Source of the DNA: Variovorax sp.
GTDB lineage: Bacteria > Pseudomonadota > Gammaproteobacteria > Burkholderiales > Burkholderiaceae_C
Direction of reading: 5' to 3'
Length of the DNA: 64,000 bases
Assembly: GCA_025352265.1 (NCBI GenBank)
Contig: JANXTS010000016.1
Span: 58,424-122,423, forward strand
In this document: piece after piece, positions 40,365-50,500 of the stretch
How positions within the stretch are numbered: position 1 is the stretch's first letter
How the letters are laid out: each line of letters begins with the position of its first letter
The notes under the pieces: model-generated
The model's database searches: none
Seen by the model: only the letters and a program-made list of their open reading frames with translations
Told to the model about the DNA's origin: nothing
Program-made: the position numbers and the translations under genes

Positions 40365-43067
40365 CTATGCGGCCAGAGCGCGCGTGACGACCTCGTGCGT
40401 GTCCTTGCTGAGGTCGGGCTTGGCCGCCACGCGGGCAATGGCCTCGCGGGCCGCACTGCGGTACGGCTCGGCCAGCTTGCTCCAGCGGTCGAGGCCGCGT
40501 GCGAGGCGCGCCGCAACCTGCGGGTTGATGGCATCGAGTTCGATCACGCGGTCGCTCCAGAACACATAGCCGGCCGCATCGGGCCGATGGAACGCGCCGG
40601 GGTTGCCGCTGCAGTAGCTGAAGATCACGCTGCGCGCGCGGTTTGGGTTCTTGATGGAGAAGTCCGGGTGCTTCAACAATTGCTTGACCAGCGGCAAGAT
40701 GTCGCCGTTGCTGTCGGGCGCGCCGGCTTGCAGCGAGAACCACTTGTCGATGACCAGCGCCTCGTCCTTGAAGATCGAATGGAAGCGTGCGAGCGCCTGT
40801 GCCGCCAGCGCATGGCCCGACGACACCAGCGCGTTGAGTGCGTTGAAGCGATCGGTCATATTGCCGGCGTCCTTGAAGCGCTGGAGCGTTTTCCCCGGCC
40901 ACATGGTGTGGTTCGATTCGCGCGCCGCGATGCACAGGTACGTCAACGCCATGCCAGCCAACGCGCGCCGCCCCGACGATGTCGGATCGGGGCTGTAGGC
41001 GCCGGTGTCCTGGTTGTCTTCGTAGACACGCTGCCAGTCGGAGAAAAGGGCGGTCGCCAACTGCACGCGCATGGCCTCGCGCACGGCATGCACGCGCTGC
41101 GGATCGACCACGTCGAGCTGCTCGGAGATGTACGTTTCCGACGGCAATGCCAGCACCAGTTCCTTGAAGGCCGAGTCGAGTTTCGGGTCGCGCAGCACGC
41201 CGCGCATCGCTTCGACATACGCTTCGTTCAGCGCCGGTTCGGTGGCTTTGGCATCTCCCGTGATAGCCCCGATGGCAGAGCGCAAGCCAAGGCGCTGCCC
41301 CGCTTCCCAGCGATTGAACGGATCGACATCGTTGGCCAGAAGGGTCAACAACTGCGTGTCGTTGTATTCGAAGTCGAGGATCACCGGCGCGCTGAAACCA
41401 CGCAGGATCGATGGTACGGGTTCGGCGTCGAGGTTGACGAAAGTGATCTGCTCGCGTTCTTGCGTCAGCACCAGCGTGCGCGTTCCGTGCACCGCGTCGC
41501 TTTCGCCTCCGAGTTGCAACGGCAGCTCATGGCCGTCGGCGCTCAGCAAGCCGAGGTTGACCGGGATCACGAACGCATCTTTGACGGGCTGGCCCGGCGT
41601 CGGCGCGCAGCTCTGCGCAAAACTCAGCGTGTAGCGGCGGGCGGCTGCGTCGTAGCTGCCTTGGGCGGCGAGCCGCGGCGTTCCGGCCTGGGCATACCAG
41701 CGCTTGAACTGCGGCAGCAGGCGTGCAAGGTCGGACTCAGGGTTGGCATCGGCGATGGCCTGCGCAAAATCATCGCAAGTCACGGCCTGGCCGTCGAAGC
41801 GCTCGAAGTACAGCGTGATGCCACGTTCGAAGCCCTTGCGGCCGACCAGCGTCTGCATCATGCGAACGACTTCGGCGCCTTTTTCGTAGATGGTGACGGT
41901 GTAGAAATTGCTGATCTCGATGTAACTGTCGGGTCGCACCGGGTGCGCCATCGGGCCGGCGTCTTCGGGGAACTGAGCGGTGCGCAACACGCGCACATCC
42001 TCGATGCGCTTGACCGCGCGGGCCGATGCGTCGGCGCACAGGTCCTGGCTGAACTCCTGGTCGCGGAAGACGGTCAGGCCTTCTTTCAACGAGAGTTGGA
42101 ACCAGTCACGGCAGGTCACGCGGTCGCCCGACCAGTTGTGAAAGTACTCGTGCCCGACCACGCTTTCGATGTTGCTGTAGTCGGCGTCGGTTGCGGTTGC
42201 CTGATTGGCCAGAACGTACTTCGTGTTGAAGATGTTCAGGCCCTTGTTCTCCATCGCGCCCATGTTGAAGTCGCTGGTCGCGACGATCATGAAGCGGTCG
42301 AGGTCGAGCGGCAGGCCGAAGCGCACTTCATCCCACAGCACCGAGTTGACCAGCGAGTTCATCGCGTGCTCGGTCTTGTCGAGATCGCCGGCACGCACAT
42401 AGACCTGCAGCAGATGCTCCTTGCCGTTGCGCGCGGTGATGCGCTGCTCGCGCGCCACCAGCTTGCCGGCGACCAGGGCGAACAGATAGGCCGGCTTCTT
42501 GAACGGGTCTACCCATTTCGCAAAGTGCCGACCTTCGTTACCAGGCCCCTCTAGATCGCCTTGCTCGACCAGATTGCCGTTCGACAGCAGCACCGGGTAG
42601 GCGCCCTTGCTGGCGCGCAGCGTGACGGTGTAGCTGGCCATCACGTCGGGCCGGTCCAAAAAGTACGTGATGCGCCGAAAGCCCTCGGCCTCGCACTGCG
42701 TGAAGAAGGTGTCTTCGCTCACGAACAGGCCCATCAGCTTGGTGTTCTTGATGGGGCAGCAGGTCGTGAAGATCTCGAGCTCGAAAGCATCGGGCAAGGC
42801 GTCGATGACCAGTTGGCCTTCTTCCATGCGAAACGAGGCGCCATGGTTGTCGACCAGCACGCGCGCCAGGTTGAGCTCGTCGCCATCCAAACGCAGTGCC
42901 TGCATCGGCACGTCGGTGTTGCGGCGCATGCGCATGCGGTTGAGCACGCGCGTCTTGTTCGGGTCGAGGTCGAAGGTCAGTTCGACCGTATCTATCCAGT
43001 AAGCGGGCGCGACATATTCTTCGCGGCGAATGGCGACCGGTTGGCCTTGTGCGTCACGCAACAGCAT
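40365..43067 (-). CDS. pepN: aminopeptidase N
   Basis: ATG at 43067 inside track ORF 40365..43322. 900 aa. GAMEN exopeptidase motif and zinc site [13 protein letters not shown]...LKEG (HExxH-x18-E). Confidence 0.93.
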   Translation of the reverse strand: MLLRDAQGQPVAIRREEYVAPAYWIDTVELTFDLDPNKTRVLNRMRMRRNTDVPMQALRLDGDELNLARVLVDNHGASFRMEEGQLVIDALPDAFELEIFTTCCPIKNTKLMGLFVSEDTFFTQCEAEGFRRITYFLDRPDVMASYTVTLRASKGAYPVLLSNGNLVEQGDLEGPGNEGRHFAKWVDPFKKPAYLFALVAGKLVAREQRITARNGKEHLLQVYVRAGDLDKTEHAMNSLVNSVLWDEVRFGLPLDLDRFMIVATSDFNMGAMENKGLNIFNTKYVLANQATATDADYSNIESVVGHEYFHNWSGDRVTCRDWFQLSLKEGLTVFRDQEFSQDLCADASARAVKRIEDVRVLRTAQFPEDAGPMAHPVRPDSYIEISNFYTVTIYEKGAEVVRMMQTLVGRKGFERGITLYFERFDGQAVTCDDFAQAIADANPESDLARLLPQFKRWYAQAGTPRLAAQGSYDAAARRYTLSFAQSCAPTPGQPVKDAFVIPVNLGLLSADGHELPLQLGGESDAVHGTRTLVLTQEREQITFVNLDAEPVPSILRGFSAPVILDFEYNDTQLLTLLANDVDPFNRWEAGQRLGLRSAIGAITGDAKATEPALNEAYVEAMRGVLRDPKLDSAFKELVLALPSETYISEQLDVVDPQRVHAVREAMRVQLATALFSDWQRVYEDNQDTGAYSPDPTSSGRRALAGMALTYLCIAARESNHTMWPGKTLQRFKDAGNMTDRFNALNALVSSGHALAAQALARFHSIFKDEALVIDKWFSLQAGAPDSNGDILPLVKQLLKHPDFSIKNPNRARSVIFSYCSGNPGAFHRPDAAGYVFWSDRVIELDAINPQVAARLARGLDRWSKLAEPYRSAAREAIARVAAKPDLSKDTHEVVTRALAA

Positions 43068-43749
43068 CGAGTGTCTCCAGAAAATTTGAATGGGCGAGTT
43101 CGTCGTAGTCGTGCACGGCGGCGATGACGTGCGGGCCGGCGAGCTCGGCAGGTGTGTGGGTGCTGCAGACCGCGACGGCACGCATGCCACCGCGGCGTGC
43201 GGCTTCGATGCCGAACGGGGCGTCTTCGAAAACGATGCAGCGCTCGGGCACCACGCCGATGCGGCGCGCTGCTTCGAGAAAGATCTCAGGCGTCGGCTTG
43301 CCGGCAAAGCCTTCGTCGCCACCGACGATGGCCAGCGGTAGCGGGTCCATCCTGAGCCGGGACATCGCGAACTCGATGTTGTGCCTGTCGCCAGCGGTGC
43401 CGACGGCGATCTTCAGTCCACGCGCGAAGGCGGCCTGGGCGAAAGCGCCGAAGCCAGCCACTTCACGAAACTCCGCCGCGAAGAGTTCGCGGTAGATCAG
43501 CTCTTTCTCGTGCGTGATCTCGGCGCTCTCGGCCTCGGTCACCTCGCGCTGCATTAGCTCGCGAGCGCATTCGATGGCGGTGCGGCCGGTGGTACGGCGC
43601 ATCAGGTCCGGCACGTCGACTGTCATGTTGCGGCGGCGCGCGTATTCGACCCAGGCCTTGGCGTGCCAGGGCATCGAGTCGATCATGGTGCCGTCCATGT
43701 CGAAGATGAGCGCTTCGACCGGGCCTGTCCAGAGCATGTCGACCGCCAT
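43054..43749 (-). CDS. HAD-superfamily hydrolase (beta-phosphoglucomutase-like subfamily IA)
   Basis: ATG at 43749 (ATGA overlap with the prfB stop). HAD motif I IFDMDGTMIDS and C-terminal FEDAPFGIEAARRGGM. Confidence 0.82.
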   Translation of the reverse strand: MAVDMLWTGPVEALIFDMDGTMIDSMPWHAKAWVEYARRRNMTVDVPDLMRRTTGRTAIECARELMQREVTEAESAEITHEKELIYRELFAAEFREVAGFGAFAQAAFARGLKIAVGTAGDRHNIEFAMSRLRMDPLPLAIVGGDEGFAGKPTPEIFLEAARRIGVVPERCIVFEDAPFGIEAARRGGMRAVAVCSTHTPAELAGPHVIAAVHDYDELAHSNFLETLDAVA

Positions 43750-44853
43750 CAGACGCCCTGCTTCAGCGAAGCTTCGATGAAGACATCGAGATCGCCGTCG
43801 AGCACCTTCTGCGTGGCCGAGACTTCGACGTTGGTGCGCAGGTCCTTGATGCGGCTGTTGTCCAGCACGTAGCTGCGAATCTGGTGGCCCCAGCCCACAT
43901 CGGTCTTGGTGTCTTCCAGCTTCTGCTGCGCTTCCTGCTGCTTCCTCAACTCGAAGTCGTAGAGCCGTGAGCGCAGGCGCTTCCACGCCACGTCGCGGTT
44001 GCTGTGCTGGCTCCGACCGTCCTGGCACTGCACCACGATGCCCGTCGGGATGTGCGTGAGCCGCACGGCCGAATCGGTCTTGTTGATGTGCTGGCCGCCC
44101 GCGCCGCTGGCTCGGAAGGTGTCGACCCGGACGTCCGACGGGTTGATGTCGATCTCGATCGAGTCGTCGACTTCGGGGTACACGAAGATGCTGGCAAAGC
44201 TGGTGTGGCGGCCACCCGACGAGTCGAACGGCGACTTTCGCACCAGCCGATGTACTCCGGTTTCCGTGCGCAGCAAACCGAAGGCGTAGTCGCCCTCGAC
44301 CTTGATGGTCGCGCCCTTGATGCCCGCGGTGTCGCCCGGAGTCTCGTCTTCGATCTGCGTCTTGAAACCCTTGCGCTCGGCGTACTTAAGGTACTGGCGC
44401 AGCAGCATGCTGGCCCAGTCGCACGCCTCGGTGCCTCCGGCGCCAGCCTGGATGTCGACAAAGCAATTGAGCGGATCGGCCGGGTTGTTGAACATCCGGC
44501 GAAATTCAAGATGCTTGATGTCGGCTTCGAGCTTGGCTGCGTCATCGGAAATGGCTTGCAGGCCATCCATGTCGCCGTCTTCTTTCGACATGTCGAAAAG
44601 CTCGGTGTTGTCCGACAGACCGCTGGTGAGCTTGTCGAGCGTGACGACCACGTCGTCGAGCGCTTTCTTCTCGCGGCCCAGCTCCTGGGCTTTCTTGGGG
44701 TCGTTCCAGACCTTGGGATCTTCGAGTGATGCGTTGACCGTCCTCAGACGTTCGGCTTTGGCATCGTAGTCAAAGATACCTCCGTAAATCGACCGTCCGC
44801 ACGCTCAGGTCGGCGAGGCTGGCACTGATTTGGTTGATTTGCTCTGCATCCAT
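43749..44853 (-). CDS. prfB: peptide chain release factor 2, requires programmed +1 frameshift at codon 28
   Basis: ATG at 44853 gives [27 protein letters not shown], then in-frame TGA (44772-44770). The +1 frame continues DYDAKAERL... into track ORF 43749..44651. SPF and GGQ motifs are present. Total 367 aa. Confidence 0.92.
44769..44784 (-). promoter_or_regulatory. prfB autoregulatory +1 frameshift site (SD-like GGAGG + CTT TGA C)
   Basis: The minus strand reads CGGAGGTATCTTTGAC, i.e. the canonical internal Shine-Dalgarno, 3-nt spacer and slippery CUU-UGA-C. Confidence 0.9.
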
Positions 44854-44900
44854 GGGGTGTCCTGACGGTGTTCGGGGAAACCGAGTATTTTCTCACGGCT

Positions 44901-46127
44901 TCATGAAACGGCGGTAGTCACCTCCAGGGGCAGAGTGACCCGAAAGATCGCACCGGCGCCGGGTTTGCTTTCGACACCGATTTCGCCACCGTGGGCCCGC
45001 ACGATCTGGCGTGTGATGTAAAGACCCAAGCCGAGGCCGGCCGCCTGCTTTTTGCTGTCGGCGGTGCGCTCGAATTGCTCGAAGATGCGCTGCTGGTCTT
45101 CTGGCGCGATGCCCATGCCAGCGTCCTGCACCGTCATCGATGCCTGTTGCCCTGCGCCGGGCAGATCGGATTCAGCAGCGCCGACATCCACCCGTACCGG
45201 CTTGCCGCCGCCGTAGCGCAACGCGTTGGTCAATAGATTCGTCAGCACTTGCTCGATGCGGAACTCGTCCCACATGCCTTGCACCGGGGCGGTGGCGTGC
45301 AGCGTGATGGTCGCGCCCGCGGCCTCCGCTTGCTGCGTCAGGCTCTCGACTACGCGCGCGGCCATTGCCGACAGGTCGAAGGACTTGGGCTGGATCGACA
45401 AGGCACCGCTGCGCAGCCGCGTGACGTCCAGCATGTCGTCGATCAAGCGCACCATGTTCAGGATCTGCCGCTGGTCGCGCTCGATCATGGCCGGCAGCCT
45501 GGCAGGCTCGAACAGCGCCAGATTGCCCTTGGCGAGATGCAGCTTGCGCACCTGCGTCTCAAGATACAGCGTGTTGAGCGGCGTGCGCAGCTCGTGCGAC
45601 ACCATCGACATGAAGTCGTCACGCATGCGCACCGCGCGCTGCAGTTCGGCCTGCGTCGCCTGCAGCTGTTGCACCAGCTGTTCAGTTTGCTGGTGAGCCG
45701 CGGCCAGCGCGTCCATCTCGTGCTTGAGCGCCTTGCGGTGCCGGTGCAGGTCAACGAAGACGTTGATCTTGCTGATGACCACGTGACCATCGAGCGGTTT
45801 CTGCAAAAAGTCGACCGCGCCACTTTCGTAGCCTTTGAATGCGTAGTTGAGTTCGCTGCCCGCAGCGCTCACGAAGATGATCGGGATGTGCCGCGTGCGT
45901 TCGGTGCCGCGCATCATTTCAGCCAGTTCGAAGCCGTTCATGCCGGGCATCTGCACATCGAGGATGGCGAGCGCGAATTCGTGTTCGAGCATCAGCGTCA
46001 GCGCTGCGTCGGCGGAGGTCGCCTGGTATACGGTGCGCAGAGGACCGCGGATGAGCGCGTCGAGCGCCATCAGGTTGTCCGGAAGGTCGTCGACGATCAG
46101 CAATTTGCTTTCGACGTCAGTGAGCAT
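44901..46127 (-). CDS. receiver-histidine kinase fusion (REC-HisKA-HATPase), cytoplasmic
   Basis: 408 aa. REC (LLIVDD ... LDVQMPGMNG ... FLQKP), H-box MVSHELRTPLN, and N/G boxes (NLLTNALRY, DAGMGI, GLGLGLYI). No TM segment. Confidence 0.9.
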   Translation of the reverse strand: MLTDVESKLLIVDDLPDNLMALDALIRGPLRTVYQATSADAALTLMLEHEFALAILDVQMPGMNGFELAEMMRGTERTRHIPIIFVSAAGSELNYAFKGYESGAVDFLQKPLDGHVVISKINVFVDLHRHRKALKHEMDALAAAHQQTEQLVQQLQATQAELQRAVRMRDDFMSMVSHELRTPLNTLYLETQVRKLHLAKGNLALFEPARLPAMIERDQRQILNMVRLIDDMLDVTRLRSGALSIQPKSFDLSAMAARVVESLTQQAEAAGATITLHATAPVQGMWDEFRIEQVLTNLLTNALRYGGGKPVRVDVGAAESDLPGAGQQASMTVQDAGMGIAPEDQQRIFEQFERTADSKKQAAGLGLGLYITRQIVRAHGGEIGVESKPGAGAIFRVTLPLEVTTAVS

Positions 46128-46710
46128 GAGGCGAATCCAAGGGGTCCAGTCGAAGAAGCAACGAGCTCAATCCGAGCAAAGGCAGCACGGCATCCGGCGT
46201 GTGGCGGGCCAGCGCGGCCAGCGGCATGGTCGGCACATGGGCCTCAAGCGGATCTTGCACCGCCGTAAACCCGCCGAGCGAATGAATGTGCGCCATGCCG
46301 CGCGCACCGTCCTCGTTGGCGCCGGTCAGCAGTAACCCGGCCAGTGCACCTTGGTAGGCGTCGGCAGCCGAACTCATCAGCACATCGATCGACGGGCGGG
46401 AGAACAACACGGGAGGTTCGCAGCTCAACGAAAAACAGCGATCCCGTTCGATCGACAGGTGGTAGCCAGGTGGCGCGAAGTGCAGCGTTCCGGGGGCGAG
46501 CGGGCGCTTGTCTTCAGCCTCGCACACCGGAATCGACAGGCGCGGCGCGAACACTTCGGCCAGCCGGCTTTCGCGGCCATCGGGCAAGTGCAGCACCGTC
46601 ACGATCGGCAGTCGCCAGGTCTGCGGAAGACCGACGAGGAGGTTGAGCAGCGCGTCGATGCCGCCAGCCGAGGCGCCGATCACCACTGCATCGATACGTC
46701 GCGTAGTCAC
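46117..46710 (-). CDS. cheB: CheB-type protein-glutamate methylesterase, catalytic domain only (no receiver)
   Basis: GTG at 46710 (GTGA overlap with the cheR stop). 197 aa. Motifs VVIGASAGGIDAL, IVTVLHLP, LTGANEDGARG. 11-nt overlap with the downstream REC-kinase gene. Confidence 0.85.
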   Translation of the reverse strand: MTTRRIDAVVIGASAGGIDALLNLLVGLPQTWRLPIVTVLHLPDGRESRLAEVFAPRLSIPVCEAEDKRPLAPGTLHFAPPGYHLSIERDRCFSLSCEPPVLFSRPSIDVLMSSAADAYQGALAGLLLTGANEDGARGMAHIHSLGGFTAVQDPLEAHVPTMPLAALARHTPDAVLPLLGLSSLLLRLDPLDSPHAH

Positions 46711-47573
46711 GAGGCTTTCCGGAACAGGCGCTCGGCTCGCACCAACGAGTCGAAGCGCGTCGCATAGCCGGAGAAATCGATGCTCTCCTTGGACCCAAGG
46801 CCGAGAAAGCCGCGGTGGCACAACGACTCGTGGAAGAGGCCGAGCGCGCGGTCCTGCAGTTGCTGGTTGAAGTAGATCAACACGTTGCGACACGACACCA
46901 ATTGAGTCTCTGCGAACACGCTGTCGGTGGCCAGGCTGTGGTCGGCGAAGATGACATTTGCGCATAGCGATGGATCGAACTTCGCGGCACCGTAGGCCGC
47001 GGTGTAGTAGTCGGAGAACGCCCGCGTGCCACCGGCGCGCTGGTAGTTGACCGTGTACTTTTGCAGCGTCTCGAGCGCGAAAATCCCCTGCCGCGCCTTG
47101 TCGAGCGAGGCCGGGTTGATGTCGGTCGCGTAGATCTGGCTGCGCTCGAGCAGGCCCTCTTCGCGCAGCAGGATCGCGATCGAATAAACCTCTTCGCCCG
47201 TGCTGCATCCTGCGACCCACACTTTGATGGAAGGGTAGGTGTGCAGCACCGGCACCACCTGCCGTCGCAGCGCCAGAAAGTAGCTCGGGTCGCGGAACAT
47301 CTCGCTGACCGGGATGGTGAGGTACTGCAGCAACCGCGTGAAGGTGGTGGGCTCGCGCAAAACTCGCTCCTGTAGCGCGGAGACCGATGGGAGGCCAAAC
47401 TGCGTCAACGCATAGGTCACACGGCGCTTTTGAGAAGCGCCGGTGTAGTTCCGAAAGTCGTAGCTGTACTTGAGGTAGATCGCCTCCATCAGCAGGCGAA
47501 GGTCGATCTCGTCTTTGCCGGGCGGGACGAGCGCAGGGGGAGGGTGAGCGGAAGCCGGAGGCAGTAAGGTCAT
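46707..47573 (-). CDS. cheR: CheR-type protein-glutamate O-methyltransferase
   Basis: ATG at 47573 (ATGA overlap with the kinase stop). 288 aa. SAM-binding WVAGCSTGEEVYSIAILL and VSCRNVLIYF. Confidence 0.88.
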   Translation of the reverse strand: MTLLPPASAHPPPALVPPGKDEIDLRLLMEAIYLKYSYDFRNYTGASQKRRVTYALTQFGLPSVSALQERVLREPTTFTRLLQYLTIPVSEMFRDPSYFLALRRQVVPVLHTYPSIKVWVAGCSTGEEVYSIAILLREEGLLERSQIYATDINPASLDKARQGIFALETLQKYTVNYQRAGGTRAFSDYYTAAYGAAKFDPSLCANVIFADHSLATDSVFAETQLVSCRNVLIYFNQQLQDRALGLFHESLCHRGFLGLGSKESIDFSGYATRFDSLVRAERLFRKAS

Positions 47574-50500
47574 AGCCGTTCCATCTTGGGCATCCAAACG
47601 CGCAGCACCGAGAAGAGCCGATCGAGGTCGACCGGCTTTGCGAGATAGTCGTTGGCGCCTGCGGCCAGGCATTGTTCCTGGTCGTCCTTCATCGCCTTGG
47701 CAGTGACGGCGATTACCGGCAGCTTGTCGAAACGCCTGTCCTGGCGAATCCGACGTGTGGCTTCGAGCCCGTCCATCTCCGGCATCATCACGTCCATCAA
47801 AACCAGGTCGATCTCGGGCACGCTATCGAGCTTGGCGAGCGCCTCGAAGCCGTTGCGTCCGATCTCCACGATGGCGCCGCGCTGTTCGAGTGCGCTGGTC
47901 AGGGCGAAGATGTTTCGTACGTCGTCGTCGACCAGAAGAATACGGCGGCCTTCGAAAACACGGTCGCGGCTGCGAGCGGTCTTGAGCATCGTTTGCCGTT
48001 CGCTCGACAGCTCCGATTCCACCTTGTGCAGGAACAACGTGACTTCGTCGAGCAACCGCTCCGGCGAGCGCGCGCCCTTGATGATGATGGAGCGCGAATA
48101 GCGCAGCAGCTCGGCTTCTTCGTCGCGCGTGAGGTTGCGGCCGGTGTACACGATGACCGGCGGAAACGACGAAATCTCCTCGGTCGCCATGCGTTTGAGA
48201 AGCTCGCTGCCTTGCATGTCGGGCAGGCGCAAGTCGGTGATCATGCAGTCGAACACGCGGTTGCGAAGCAGCTTCATCGCTTCTTCCCCGGACGCGACCG
48301 CAGTGATCGCCACGTCGTCGTCGCCGATGAGTTTGACCACGCTTTCGCGCTGCATTGCATCGTCTTCCACCAGCAGCACCTGTTTGACTTTTTGCGACAG
48401 CTTGCCTTCGATCTTCTTGAACACCTGTTTGAGCTGGTCGCGCGACGTGGGCTTGAGCGCATAACCGATAGCGCCCATGTGCAGCGCGGCTTCGGACTGG
48501 TCTTGCGCCGACACCACATGCACCGGGATGTGCCGTGTCTGCGGGTCGTCCTTGAGGTGCTGAAGTACGGCGAGGCCGCTGCTGTCAGGCAGCCGCATGT
48601 CGAGCAGGATGGCGTCGGGCACGAACTGAGTCGCCAGCGAGAAGCCGTCAGCCGCGCCGTGCGCCACCAGGCAGCTGTAGCCGAGCTCGTGCGCCAGGTC
48701 GTAGAGGATGTGCGCGAACTGCGGCTCGTCTTCGATGACGAGCACGCGGCGCGCCTGGTTACGCGGCAAGGCGCGATCGTCAGCGAAGACGGGCAGTACG
48801 GGGCGGGGCGGTGCTGGCGGGCCGGGAGTGGCCGGCGTCGTCGACATCGCCCGTGCCGTGGACGAGGCTGCCGGTGCACTTGGGGGCGAAGGTGAAGGCA
48901 CGAAGCCCGGCACTTGCCCGGCGCCAGCATGCGCGTTGCGCACCGGAAGTTCCGCGGGCTCCGACGGCAATGCGGCGGGCAGCTTCAACGTGAACGTGCT
49001 TCCCTGGCCCGGCGCGCTCTCCACTTCAAGCGTTCCGCCGAGCAGATGCGCCAGATCGCGCGAAATCGACAGGCCCAATCCGGTGCCGCCATAGCGCCGG
49101 CTCGTGGTGCCGTCGGCTTGGCGGAAGGCTTCGAAGACCACCTCTTGCTGATCGGCCCGAATTCCGATGCCCGAGTCGCTCACGGAAAACGCCACACCTC
49201 CTTCGGACGCAGCCGAAACACCTAGCACTACTTCGCCGCTTTCGGTGAACTTGAGCGCGTTCGACAACAGGTTCTTGAGGATCTGTTCGAGCCGTTGGCG
49301 GTCGGTGTTGAAGCTCGTCGGCGCGCCCGGTTGCAGGTCGAGCCGGAAGCCCAGCCTTTTCTGCATGGCGAGCGGTGTGAAGGTCATCGATAGGCTGTCG
49401 GTCAGGCGGGACACCGGCACGTCTTCGGCCACCAGTTCCATCTTGCCGGCTTCGACCTTGGCGATGTCCAGGATGTCGTTGATCAACAGCAGCAGATCGT
49501 TGCCCGAGGCGTAGATCGACTCGGCGAACTTCACCTGCTCTGCACTCAGGTTGCCCTGAGGGTTGTCTCCCAACAGCTTGGCGAGGATGAGCGCGCTGTT
49601 GAGCGGCGTGCGCAGTTCGTGCGACATGTTCGCCAGAAATTCCGACTTGTAGCGGCTGGCGCGCTGCAGTTCTTCGGCATGTTCGCTGAGGTCGCGTTGC
49701 ACGCGGCGCAACGCCAGATTGCGTTGGTCCAGAGCCTCGGTGCGCTCCGACAACTGGCTATTGGTTTGTTCCAGTTCGGCCTGCTGGTTTTCCAGCGTGG
49801 CCTGCGATTGCCGCAGTGTGCGCGACTGTTCTTCCAGCTCTTCGTTGGCGGTGCGCAATTCTTCCTGCTGCACCTGCAGTTCTTCGTTGAGTTGCTGCGT
49901 CTCGGCCAATACGTCTTGCAACTGCTCGCGATAGCGGGCGGCGGCCAAGGCGCTGCCAAGCATGCCCGACACCGAATCGAGCAATGCCGACGCACGTGCG
50001 TCGGGCTTGCCCATCAGGCCGAGTTCGAGCACGCCGTTGACCAGCCCGTCATTGGACACCGGCAGCAACAGTGCGGCGCGTGGCGACATGGCGCCCAGGC
50101 CGGAGTTCACCTTGAAATAGTCCATCGTGACCGGCTCGACGACCATCACTCGGCGCTCGTTGGCGGCCTGGCCCAGCAGGCTCTCAGTCGGTGAGAAGGT
50201 CTGCGAGCTGGCTTCGGCTTCGGCTGAAAAGCCGTAGCTGGCGGCGCGACGCAGCTTGCCATTAGGTTCGCGCAAATACAGCGCACCGACGGTACTTCCG
50301 AGTTGCCGAGAAAAGAACGCGAGCGCTCTCCGGCCAAGCTCTTGTGCGCTCAACTGGCCGGTGATTTCGGCAGACAGATCGGTCTGCGCGCTGCGCAACC
50401 ACGCCTGTTGCTGCAGCGCTTCAGCGTGCGCGGTTTGCTCGTCGAGCGCGGCACCGTAGTTTGCTGACAGCTCGGTGAGCTGACGGCGTCCGAAGTACGC

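Noticed and set aside
40335-42554. 739-aa ORF on the + strand
   Set aside because: It is entirely antisense to pepN, whose product carries GAMEN and HExxH-E motifs. The translation is Arg/Ala/His/Val-rich with no recognisable motif. Long antisense ORFs are expected at this GC content because stop codons are AT-rich.
47672-48895. 407-aa ORF on the + strand (and other + strand ORFs between 47.6 and 51.4 kb)
   Set aside because: Antisense to the hybrid kinase, whose receiver and kinase motifs are unambiguous on the - strand.
49652-49933. Strict MCP methylation consensus ([ASTG][ASTG]xx[EQ][EQ]xx[ASTG][ASTG]) in the kinase coiled coil
   Set aside because: I scanned the segment by eye and found no exact match. 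Only the relaxed compositional argument is reported as a finding.
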